A model generated the notes under the pieces. It saw only the letters and a program-made list of their open reading frames with translations. It had not been told where the DNA came from and did no database searches. DNA of 64,000 nt, from the NCBI GenBank assembly GCA_000934665.2, contig KZ538070.1, forward strand, positions 1 to 64,000. The letters run 5' to 3'. The stretch comes from Catajapyx aquilonaris (taxonomy: Eukaryota). The translations under genes and the position numbers were made by a program. The stretch's first letter is position 1; each line of letters opens with the position of its first letter. Shown one piece after another: positions 26,284 through 37,746 of the stretch.

Positions 26284-27349
26284 CCAGTCTGGTGGTATTC
26301 CACGCCCTGTACACACTTCATGGGTCCAGTAGGGTGGTCGGCTGGGGGTAGAAAGTAACAAGGGAGTCTATTCGGTGCCTGGGTGTCATTTCCGTCGCAC
26401 TAGGGTCCCAAACGACTTGTCGGGAAGGGGGAATTCCCGTCAGGGCAAGCCACCGGTCCTAGTGATGGAGGGGGTAATAGAGAGCTGGAAAATCGGGGGG
26501 CGCAGCTGGAGGTAAGGAGTTCCATGTGTTGTAACGGCGGCATGAAGAGGCCTATAATGAGGCAAGAAATTGGCAGGCGTCTGGACTCGCACTCTTGGTC
26601 TCTCCCTAACAAGATAGGAGGCGACAAGCAGGGATGAAATGGAAAAGCACGGGAGGGCTATACTCACCCCGGTTTTCCAAGTACCCCTTCTCTCCACTCC
26701 CCGTTTTCCGCAGGATGTTATGGAGCCAACAAGCATATCCAATTTCATAGAATTACCCCTATAGGACAGGCTTAATAAGTCCGTATTCTAAAGGGTGGTG
26801 AGGTTTGGGCACCCGAGCGGTACGACGTAACGAGGCCGTGTCTTGCGATGTAACAAGAGGGCACAATAAGTGGGTGAGGAAAAATGAAAAGAAGATGGTA
26901 GAGGTTGCAAACAAGTGGTGTTTGCTAGCTGGAAAAGGGGCCAGAGTCTTTTTTTGTGTGTGAATTTTTTGAAGAGAAGCGTATGTCAACTCTATTCAAT
27001 TATGGGACCCAGGAAAGATGTGCCACTTTTACCAAATGAAATGCGCTGATTTTTTTTGTCGTCCTCTACCTTATTCGGTGACATCCAATTACGACACCGT
27101 GGTTAGTTGGAAGTAGGACTTGTCCTGGAGAAAGAATAATTTTCTCAGGCAGTGTCACTTCATCCCTAATTAGACGACTGCTTATCATCGTTACAGAGGC
27201 CTGATGTTCTAAAACTGAGGGTTAATTCAGGCTGACAGAGGGATTTTATGAGGTTTTGCCAGGGGTTGGAATAGGATGAGTTTTATTCGGGTCAGGTGGA
27301 GTGATACCGAGGCGTATTGACAGATGGACACTGTCGATGATGGGGATAC

Positions 27350-27581
27350 CATAGATCGTCCATGTGAAGCTCGTACTGAAACCAACTTCAAAAGCAATAG
27401 TTCCTCCTACCATGCACCAGAGGCGCTGACTCCCCCATTGCGCTGGCGCAGAACGGGGGCCAGGCTCCCGTTTGCGCCTGCGCAATGGGGGAAGTCAGCG
27501 CCTCTGGTGGATGTAGGATGAACTACTACTACTTTGTTTTTGAATCTGTTGTCAGTACGAGCTTCACATGGACGATCTATG
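27350..27581. mobile_element. 232-bp fold-back MITE-like element (CATAG...CTATG)
   Basis: CATAGATCGTCCATGTGAAGCTCGTACTGA is a perfect 30-bp inverted match to TCAGTACGAGCTTCACATGGACGATCTATG. Inner arms CACCAGAGGCGCTGACT.CCCCATTGCGC.GGCGCA pair nearly to the centre. Confidence 0.9.
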
Positions 27582-28849
27582 ATTGACAACCATATGAATT
27601 GTTCAGGAGCAGGTGCACCTAAATCTTGATGGGTGATCTATGACATTCCTATGTAGATATTTGCAGTGGTAGGTGACTCCTGCATGATTGGACCAATGCT
27701 GAGCACTGATATGAACCGAGGTAAAACATATTGACATAGCGAATTGGATGGCTGCTCGACTTTGTATGAGGTAGTCATTTCTCTCTCATGAATTCCTAAC
27801 GTGCTTCATAGATTGTGCTATTTTTACCCCCGCATAATTCAGCTGACCCTGACTTACTGAACTTTGGCCAGCACTTCCCACGAACCCCTCTCAGGTGAGC
27901 CACCTCTGAAGAATGGTGTTATTGTCGGTATGGAGAGCCGGAAAGGAAGGAATCGTGTTGCGTTTGGGTTTCTGGAGCCCTAGATGACAGTCACCCGATA
28001 CCTTGTTTGACCCCCCCTGTTTTTGGTGGAAGGCATGTTAAGAGCTATGGAAACCATGAGACACCCTCCTTCCTCCAAAGATTTCCGGTTTCACAACTGT
28101 TTGGACAACTGGAGGGCAGCTGTTGTGACCACCGGCGGAACCTCGTGTCTTCCGTCTCTTCCAGTTTATGTTGACTGTGGTTGATGGTGGACAGGCTGCA
28201 TTTGGTAGGTTTTGAGGATTAAAGCCAGCCGTTGGAGAACAATTTGACAATTTCAACTTAATCCAGTAGTAGCGGGCAAGCCCGCTAGAGGCGACAGTGT
28301 ATCCAAAATGGCGTACATTTTTGGCATTTTCTCAAGGAAACTTCGTAATTTCAAGCAATCTGTACCTCATCAGCAGGAAATAATCAGACAGCTTTTCGTT
28401 TTATTTCCCGCTTCCAAGCCAGAAGCGACGGTTTTGCCTCGCAATTTACAGACGGTTTTTGCAAATCTCCACGGGGCTATTTCCGGGGCTGAATATTTTG
28501 CAAACATTCGTTTTCCTGAAGTGAAGATGTGGAACCTGCGTGACGCTTGGCGTCCAATTTTGAGAGGACTGGTCCACCGATAAAACCGGGTTGAAGTTGC
28601 CTCCTAAAATTTACAAATCCGGCTCATAACCAGGGTTGTCAGGCTGGGCAAAATTATCCGGGGGACATTTTTGGCCAAGGGTGTTTACAGCTCTCGGAAA
28701 AGAGGGTTTCCTTTCGGTGTTTCCGGCTTGTCGGAAATGGTTGGTGTGTCGTCTGTCTTGGGATAGCGAAATAGGGGGGCGATAAAGCAAACTGCGAGAG
28801 ATAACGGAGGGAATTTCGCGAGTCTAATCGAAAGCGTGAAACATTGGCG

Positions 28850-29385
28850 AATACGGTAGAGTCTGCGAGGTCGAAATTTACACGATAATTTGGCAAAATT
28901 GTTTTTAACAATGAATAAAATTAATGCACAATGCAGTAGAGCTGTATTGAAGCATTTGCGCTTCTTACAGACAATTATCAGGAAGATACATGTTAAATAC
29001 GGTATTACGTCCGCGACTTTCAGTTTTACCCTGATTTAATTATGCGAAGTAGTTATGTAAAACGCTGCAAAGTCATCCTCCATGTTTCGGACCATCTTAT
29101 TCCCTTCTATCTGATCATCTGGAAGAATCGTTAATCTAATACGGTATTACGTCCGCGACTTTCAGGTTTGCATTGGTTTAATTGCATCAGATAGTAATGT
29201 GCAACCCTGACAATCCATCTGCATGTTCCAGAGCATCTCATTACCTTCCAACCAATCATCCGGAAGCATCGTTAGTCGAATACGGTATTACGTCCGCGAC
29301 TTTTAGGTTTGCGCTGGTTTAATTGCGCCAAATAATTATTTGCGATCCGGCAAACCCATCCTCAGTGTTCGAGAGCTGCATGCCG
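28850..29385. repeat. ~142-bp diverged tandem repeat with an invariant 25-bp core
   Basis: AATACGGTATTACGTCCGCGACTTT is identical at 28996, 29138 and 29279, with a degenerate AATACGGTAG at 28850. The rest of each unit is alignable but heavily diverged. Confidence 0.88.
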
Positions 29386-30859
29386 AATTGCGATTGTCTC
29401 TCGGGGCGGAGGATGGTGAAAACGATGAAACTAACTTAGTTAGTGATTCGTCCCAGCCTCGTTGGGGGGTAGGATCTGAGCGAGGGGAAGGCTTTTCCAG
29501 ATTGTGGAGGCGGCCTGGAGTGTCAGTTTGTTTTCGCAAAAGCTGGAGGGGGGCCCAAGTCAACTGGGGGTAACAGAATGCTGAGAACCCCCCTTGATCT
29601 AGCGCTGAAAGACATTCGGAGACTTTATGGAAGGCCTGGTAGTGTTGTGCCGACCAATGCGTGTAAGGATCATCTTTTTTATGTCACATAATCGACATGG
29701 GAAAATGGTGGGACGTGTCCTAAAAGATTCTTTTACAACCGGGTATATTTATTACGCCGGCTGTTGGCACCAAGGCATAAACATGTATCGCCGAATGTAA
29801 CAAGCTGAAGATCCCAGGAGCCTCTTCCGCCAAGGGGTGCATATTTGAATCCGAAATCAGGCCTCTCTGATCCTCTCCATTTTCATTTTCCTCTGTGTCT
29901 CACAACAAAGTACTCTAGGAGATGATCCTACGACTCATGTTACATATGGTTGTTTTTTATATACATTCAGACACTGAATAGGACAGGGTCAGTGCGTTGA
30001 GGTGTCGACTTGCAGGGGTATACGGTTCTAAAGGAGCACTCCATTCGGCTCTGTCTGGTCGAACAATGTTTCCTTGTAAAATGTAGCCCTGTACGTTTTT
30101 CCGGGGAATTCACACAAGCATTTTCTTCGATGCCCAAAAAGTTTCTAGCCGTCGTAAATTAGAGGATTTACTTTCTGGTGTAACTCTTTCTTATATACTC
30201 TGTTCCATGTCCGAGCAAGAGGAATTATCAGAAGCTTTCAAGGGAGAGCTTTGATATTAGGCCCAGGAGTAATGTTGACTGGAACAGTGCGATGGGATGA
30301 CTGGAATCGATATATCATTCAAACAGAGCTATCGGCCAGCCCAAAGCCACAGTTTGAACCCAGCGTGTGAGCCGTGAGAGCCCTTTTCTATTTTTAATGA
30401 ACCTTTGCGTGGAGAGTGGTGAGATTTGTCAAATTGTCACACAAAGTGTCCATAAAACCCAGCCGGCCGTTATTTATTTTTAGCCCCCCCCCCTCCCATT
30501 TCAAACAACAAAAAAATTGGGGTGGACGATATATCACTTGGGCGACACGTTAACCCATTGACAACCGGACTGATTGTCATATTTTAATTGCCCCCATGCG
30601 AGAGTGTCAGTCGATGAGTAATACCTTGGGTTTAGGGATGCCCATGTCGCATTCTGACATGGCCGCCAGACTTGTCCCGTGGGGTCAGGCCCATGTATCA
30701 CGCGAGGGGGATAATGGGCCAACCCCTCCTGAAGGCTCCTTGTCCTCCATACCGGTTTACACCCCCAAATGCCTGACCACTGTCTGTAAGTACCGATACT
30801 CAAGGCTTTATGTGCCCTAGCAGGTGTGTTTACACGCGCCTCTAGCGGTCGAATCATGC

Positions 30860-31060
30860 CCTTACATTTTTTTACATTTTTCTACATAAGTCATACATTA
30901 TAATGCATTTTCTTACACACTTGGTGCATATTTTTGACCCATTTGGTGCATAAGCGATATATGCATCTAGTGCATTTTATTACACACTTGCACATACTTT
31001 GAGTGCATAATTTTATTCACACTCACAAGTAGGTGCATTTTATTCTTGTAGTTAATATTA
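30860..31060. repeat. Degenerate TGCAT/ATGCA-rich repeat patch
   Basis: Recurrent GTGCAT followed by A/T runs, similar to patches at ~34770, 42240, 55600 and 58990. Confidence 0.55.
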
Positions 31061-32656
31061 CATAGGTTTTTTGAGTGATAAGGAGCACTCTAATTTCTAG
31101 TGGACTTTTAGAAGCTGATATATATTCACTCCCACCCAGCCTAGGAGTGATCATTTAGAGTTTGACGAGGGTAAGGTGCATCCCCAAAAATGGAGAGGCT
31201 GTCAGGTCCAGTGGCAGGCAGGATCTTGGGCCCAGGAGGATGCCTCGTCAAGATGAAGAGATGCGGGTTTTTGTGAGTTTCAAATCCTCCAGACATTTAA
31301 ATGCTCTGCTACGTTTTACGTTTAGTGTGATTGACAAGGAACTCGCCACGTCCGCGTTTCTCAAAAGTCATGTGTGGTGGAGAAGAAGTTTAAAAAAAAT
31401 TTACAGACGTCTACGTATGTAAAGCATGTTAAAAGCAAATTCCAAGAGGATGACAAGCGGGATTTTTTTATGAGTCATCAGGCAATTTAGATGGACATGC
31501 TTAGGCTTAAGTATAGATCATATTTAGGAATAGTGTACTTCCTCATATAGCACCCAGCTGAAGAGCGTTTCCCTAATGGTAATTGCATAATCAAGCCGGA
31601 GGTTAAGGCATATGTTGCGTGTCTTTGAACGGTAGATGTCCCTGCTCCGGCACGTGTATACAGTACGGAACAGAGACATCTCTCGTTAGTGCCCAAACGC
31701 AATTCTCATTAGGGGAACATTTCCTGGCATCTTCTCACCCTCTTCCCCATCCCGGATTAAGCCTCCTAGCCGTGGGGCTATTTGCAAAAAGCGATAACTG
31801 CCGTTCTGCATATTATCGGTGTTAATGACTGCAAGACTCAAGGGATGCTATAACCATAAATCGAAAGCTGGTGACTCGCACGCCCTTCTCGGTCCATAAG
31901 ATCCGATGTTGTGTAGATGGCTCTAAGTGCTCCAGCTCAAAATGGATAAGGGGGAGAGGACGCCCTATAGGTCTTATGGCGTCATAATCCACACGATGAT
32001 TTTCCAGGGTGTGTGTGTGTTAGGGGGAAGAAGCAAATTCCGTGTCATATTTTTTGCCGCTCCATTGTCCAACCCTATTGTCATTTGGTTCTTCACGGAT
32101 GTAGATAAACATATACATGATTTGGGGGCCGTGAAATTTATCACCGGTCGGGAACATTCTCTAGGATAAAAAGGTCCGCCTCCAGAGTCTTTTCGTCCGA
32201 TTCGACCCATTGTGTTGTCTCATTTCACCCGGCTGATTACATGCTCAAATTGGTTGCGGGGCATCATGGCTGGTGGTGGTCCGCCCCGGGTGTGGGTGTG
32301 GGACGGACCAAAAAGTGCCATAATGCCTGGGTCATCTCTCATACAAAGAACCGCACCCTGGATCCAACGGGGTGCAAAAGGTGAGGGTCTTTCGGCCATC
32401 TCCTTCCGCTACAGACCTCTTTTATGTGTATCGAAGACAGCTGCAAAGAGACGTGAGCGACACCTCACATTCTCCTCTTTGTTCGGCCGTCCCTTCTTCG
32501 TGAGAGCCGGAATTAGCGACGGAAATGATGCATTGTTGGCCCACCCCACCCACTGGAATGTCTCAGAAGACCTAGGGCTAAAGATCTTGACGAAAGATCT
32601 GGCAGTGATTCATATAGGCGATGTCACATGACTTCCTGTACTGTATATATAAATGT

Positions 32657-32753
32657 CGCACGTGTGGCTCAACTAGGCCTAGCGCACATGTGGCTCAACT
32701 AGGCCTAGCGCACGTGTGGCTCAACTAGGCCTAGCGCACGTGTGGCTCAACTA
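32657..32753. repeat. 26-bp minisatellite (~3.7 copies)
   Basis: CGCACGTGTGGCTCAACTAGGCCTAG repeated nearly perfectly. The unit contains the palindromes CACGTG and CTAGGCCTAG. Confidence 0.95.
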
Positions 32754-34769
32754 CCAGTTTCAACTACCTGGCAGAATATTGAAGGAAATGAACCTAGAAA
32801 TTTAATAATGAAAGGAAGCGCCATTTCCTTGAAGGTAAATCCTCAGGAGCGGGTTTCCCTGAGGGGAAAAAGCCTTTGGAGACACACCGTAGCCAGAAGT
32901 GACAGATTGAAGGATGGGCCAGATTTCCCATAGACGGGGGTATCCCATGAGAAACCTTCAAGAAGGCGGAGGGTCTTCTAGTGTCGTACTGGGTGGCTTC
33001 TGATGATTGAGTGTGGATATTTAGGATACTTTAGAAGGGGTTGTACGGTACTTTGCCTCTTGGTGCTAATCGAAGAATGTAATTAAACCCTGCCTGCACC
33101 TAATGGCCATTGGGAATTGCGGAAGGAAGACGGTTGGACTCACTCCCTTTGTTCATGAATATTTGAACAGGGCGCTGGTACGTGCGCTCCCCGAAGAGGA
33201 AACAGGTCGGTTAGGGTGCTAATAAGGAAAAGGTACAGGTACAGTGCATGTGAACGATTTTACAGGAAACTCCGCCTATTTGCAAGTGCTGCCACCTTGT
33301 TTTTTTGGTCGAATGTGCGACCGTCCAGAACCGGTGGCAAAAGCAACCCTTGTGCGGTGAGGCAGAAACAACCCTGCCATACCGGAGAAGACTGTATTGT
33401 TTCCCTAGACGGCTTCATAACAGAGGAAAAGGGGAGGTCCTAGCTTGGCTGGACAATATATTTTCGACACCCCTAGCAACCTCCCCCTCTCTTTCCATTT
33501 GCTTACAGTGACACATTGGAAACGCCATTGTTCCTTTCCCAACTCTAACGTACGACTCCATGAAAGGCATTTCATGAAGTGTCCCAACCCACGTGACCCT
33601 AACAATAGCTCCGGTATTGTCCGCAGCCGGCCGCCGACAGACGTAGAAATAATCGCGTTTCGTCCCTACAATATTACTCGCATAATGCAGGCTTCATGCC
33701 GCATTGGTCCAGCAATTCGGGCGCACAATGACCACTAATAATAACCCGGGGCTGCCCGGAAAAGGAGAGATTGCATTATGGTTATGAGTCCGGGTCTCTT
33801 TCCCCCCTCCTATACCCCCAGAAATGTCCTTTTGGGTCTATGGACCGGGGACAGTCTGAATGTAATCGTTGACTTGACCCCTGCAATCTGTGAGTGGACA
33901 GCCGGCATGTACGTTTCTGACTCATGTAGGAGGAGTACCCCTCATAATGTGGTACCATACACTGAAACACCAAATTTCCGGCTGGAAATTGGCCAGAAAA
34001 GTTGGTTATTCATTGTTGACAACACTTTTCTGGACACTTTCCAGCCGGAAAATGTTTTTTTGGGGGCCGCTCCACCGGATCTAGATATATTTTTGTGAAA
34101 AATTGCAAGGTGCATAAATTTGCTGCAGTGAGAATAAAATTATCTAGAAATGCGAATAAAATTATTCGGAATGGCGAATAAAAAATTATTTAAAATTGCG
34201 AATAATTTTAAGGTACATTCTGGATTAGGCATATTACTAAGTACCGGTACATCCTCATGTCCCGTCACATGTGATAACCGTGCGTGAGTTCGCAACAAGT
34301 TCAGACACCGGACATGATGCCTGGTACTACGACCACGTTTATCAGCCGCGGGTGACTTATACATGAGTCCCTGCTTATTACGGCCGGGTTTCTTCTAATC
34401 AGAGGTCGTTTCAGTTACGTTTATCGGGGCGGTATATCAGCGATAATGTCTTATTACGGGCGGTCGCATTTCCAAACGGGTGTTATGGCATTAGAATAAT
34501 GGGGGGACTGTCCTTTTCGCCATATTCGCAAGGGTGGCGACCAACTGCTCCTAGCTGGCCTTCATTAGGCCGGCAGGAACAATCTGATCCCGCAATGAAA
34601 ATAATTTATGGCATGCAGGACGCTTCCAAATTCGCCGGATTGTGTAACAGCTGCTGGGAAAGTATGAGTTAGCCGTATGGATAATTATGCATGTGAGGGG
34701 GAGGGGGGTAGGTTGCATTGTCAGCTGGTATGGGGCAAGAAGCTGGAATTGTTAGTGACTTCTAAACTT

Positions 34770-35285
34770 ATAAATGCATCACAGTATTCAGTTAGGTGCA
34801 TCAATATACAGCCAAGTGCATCAATATATTCATGTAATAAATTCATCAAAAGCATAGGTGCATTAATCTTTGGTGTTTATGCAGTCAATTAAATTCACCG
34901 AAGTGAAATAATATTCACTTGGGTTCATTAATTTTTGGATATACAGGTGTTTATGCAGGAAAGTGCATAAATATATGGATGTAAATATGGTTTATGCAGG
35001 TAGGTGCATAAATATAATTTGTGCATAATCCAGTCAATTAATGCATCTAATGCATAAATTTTTGTATTGGTGTTTATATATAGGAAAGTTCATGTTAGTC
35101 AGGTAAATAAATTTATGCAGACACATGCATAAATATATTCACTTTAAATGCACCAAATGAATAAACTATTCACCAAGCTTCATAATTAAGTATACATAGA
35201 CCCCATAAACATATGCATTGAGTGCATAATGTTAGTTAGAATGATGTATAATTTTATGGTCTACTGGTGCATATTTTTATACACA
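34770..35285. repeat. Degenerate TGCAT/ATGCA-rich repeat patch
   Basis: Many GTGCATAAATATA, TTTATGCAG and AATATATTCAC modules. Confidence 0.65.
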
Positions 35286-37696
35286 ATTTCCATAGACTTT
35301 TTGACAATACAGACGTGTAGATTAATATCCTTCGAACTTCACACGATCGGCTTTCTTAGTATGGCCTTCCCCAAAAAAAACGTGCCGTTATTTTGCAAAT
35401 TAATTACCGTGGTTCGTTTGGAAACATTGTTCTGGCAAGTAATTTTTTTTTTGCGTGAGCAGGGGCAAGGGCAATGGCACCTACCTCAGTGGTCCTACAG
35501 GGGGGTTAAAAAGAGTCATTGAGAGCCTTTGTTTGAGGCCGCCTGAGCTGGTCGGATTACGTGCCGGGTAAGTTCGGGTTCATATTTTACCCGTGCGGAC
35601 AGGTGTTGCATGCAGGCTCCCTCTGGCCAGGTACACCTCTGGGGGCCGCTCTTCCTAGTCGGTTCTGATGATGGAGAATTCGTGAGATGCGCGCTGGGAA
35701 ACTCTGATTGGGTTTTTGGGCCTCCAAAAATTAAGACTTCCGGCTGCTGGCTCGACCGTGGAATAAGAGTCACCGAATCGAAAAGGAAAGTTATATTTCC
35801 CCCACTTCTTTTTCGGACACTCCCACACCAAAATGGCGGCCCTTTCTTTCCTTTGTTATGGCTCCAGACAATCAAAAATTAGTTCTTGAGCATCTCTATA
35901 TAACTAAACAACATAATATTAATTCTTAATTATTCGTGTTATAAATTAAATTAAATTAAGCTGTAAATTCGACCTCCCCTCCCCCCGCTAAGGTTTTACC
36001 ACTTGTGAAAAGTGCAGGTTGCCATATCTCCCCAAAGACTAATCTACTTTGATTGGTGCCATGTGTAAACTTATGCATTTTGCATACCCGTCTTGACAAA
36101 CCCCACCTTTTACCCGGGTGCAAGAAGCATTATCCTTTATGACAGGCCGAAAGGGACCTATGCAGATTTTATTGGGATCTGTCATTTCCAGCACATTTTT
36201 CCTTCCCCCACCCCCCTCTTTCCCCCCCTACACCCTCCATCTCCTGAGGGCTGCTTCCCGTTTTATAATTCAGGAAGGTAAAGAGAGAGACGATGTTCCC
36301 GGCAGCCATCTTGGATCCGGGAGTGACATGGCAGAGGGGGGAGAGACTACTACCTGGGTTATCACTTTTCCGGTTAGGTGATTGCAAACAGTAAATCCTG
36401 AATAAGTGCCGGAATAAATACATAGCCTACCCTGTAGGCCCTACATACATAAATAATATTGAGATTTTTTGCTTATTTATTTTTTTAAATATTTTCCTGT
36501 TTAAGTGTAAATTCCAGTCAGCTTTATACCATAGAGGCATCTAGATCTATGCTTTATGCATACGCACTCTGGCCAATAGGCGGAGCTGCCACGCTCTATG
36601 GAGCACAGGCAACGCCATCTTGGATTGAGTGGCATTGTGAGTGCGTGAATAGGGTAAAAAGCGGCGAGGTATGGCGGCTCATAAAGCATTCTTTTGAAGC
36701 GTAACCGTACTTAGTCTTGTACGCACCTTTTTGGTTGGGGAATGGGAGTTGACAAAGCTCGCTGCGGGGAGTCCCCGAAAAAGTCCCGTGTGCAAATGCG
36801 GCATTTTCATGACGCTATACGTCTCTGGATTAGCATGGGCGGGCTTCGCAGTGATTTGCAGCTTGTTCCTTCTCGTTGGAACCAGCTATAATTCAGTTGC
36901 GTGAACAAACCTGCCGGACACAACCAGACTTTATGTGCTAAAACGGACCCCCCCGCAAAGCAACCGGGACGCAAAATGCCAGGGTGCAACACCCCTTCTG
37001 GTAAGGTCGCCATTTCTGAAAGATGCCTAATATTTTTTTTAAATTAAATTATGTAGGCAAATATCGACCTAGAAGTCATATCAGAAGACATGTGTCAGTC
37101 ATTTTACCTTCTGTTTGTATAAGGTAAGATAGAGAGAATGTAAATAAAATAGTGTGTCACGTCAGCGTTTGTGATGAGCAATCACCAGTAGTTGCTAACG
37201 GTGCAGTTTTGAGTTACTGAGTGCAAGTGAATAGTAAGTAGAAGAGCTTCTTCTCTCCGCCCTCTTGTTTTCCCTTACGCCGCCTCTCTTCCACGGAGGG
37301 AATGTCTTGCATTTGAGCGTGAAAGATGATTATCTTTGAAGCAAATGGGTCCGAACGGCCCTCTGCCAATGCAAATGAGGCCAGACCAGAGGGCCAGTCT
37401 GCTAGAATAGGAGGACTAGGGGATATAGACACACGACCCACCCCTATTTGGCCTGATTAGCTCAGGGCTCTTCTTCCAAATGCACTTGAAAGTTTGTATA
37501 AGTATTGTTACAAATTGTGCATAAAATGGGTTGCAATTTTAAATTAGTTCAATATTCTACTTATAATTTTGTGATTGTTTTTGATCATTAATTTTGGATA
37601 TACCAATGGGTAACATGCACCTATGCGCGTAAAAATGCATATGAATTGCATAAATCTGGCATAAATGGCCCTCTGTATACGTACATAATTTTAGTG

Positions 37697-37746
37697 CAGT
37701 GCCATATGACACATACTTTTCAGTGCCATATGACACATACTTTTCA
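37697..37746. repeat. 24-bp tandem duplication
   Basis: CAGTGCCATATGACACATACTTTT occurs twice. Confidence 0.9.

Noticed and set aside
28273..28290. Hairpin TAGCGGGCAAGCCCGCTA as a terminator or Helitron 3' end
   Set aside because: There is no U-tract and no separate downstream CTRR terminus, and short hairpins are expected by chance.
28996..29303. CRISPR-like array (identical 25-bp repeats)
   Set aside because: The spacers are ~117 bp and homologous to each other, there are no cas genes, and the context is eukaryotic.
31686..31707. Partial similarity to miR-219 (CCAAACGCAATTCT)
   Set aside because: The seed region is mismatched relative to the mature sequence as I recall it, and there is no complementary hairpin arm.
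36428..36450. TACCCTGTAG, the start of miR-10 family sequences
   Set aside because: The match ends after 10 nt and no precursor hairpin is visible.
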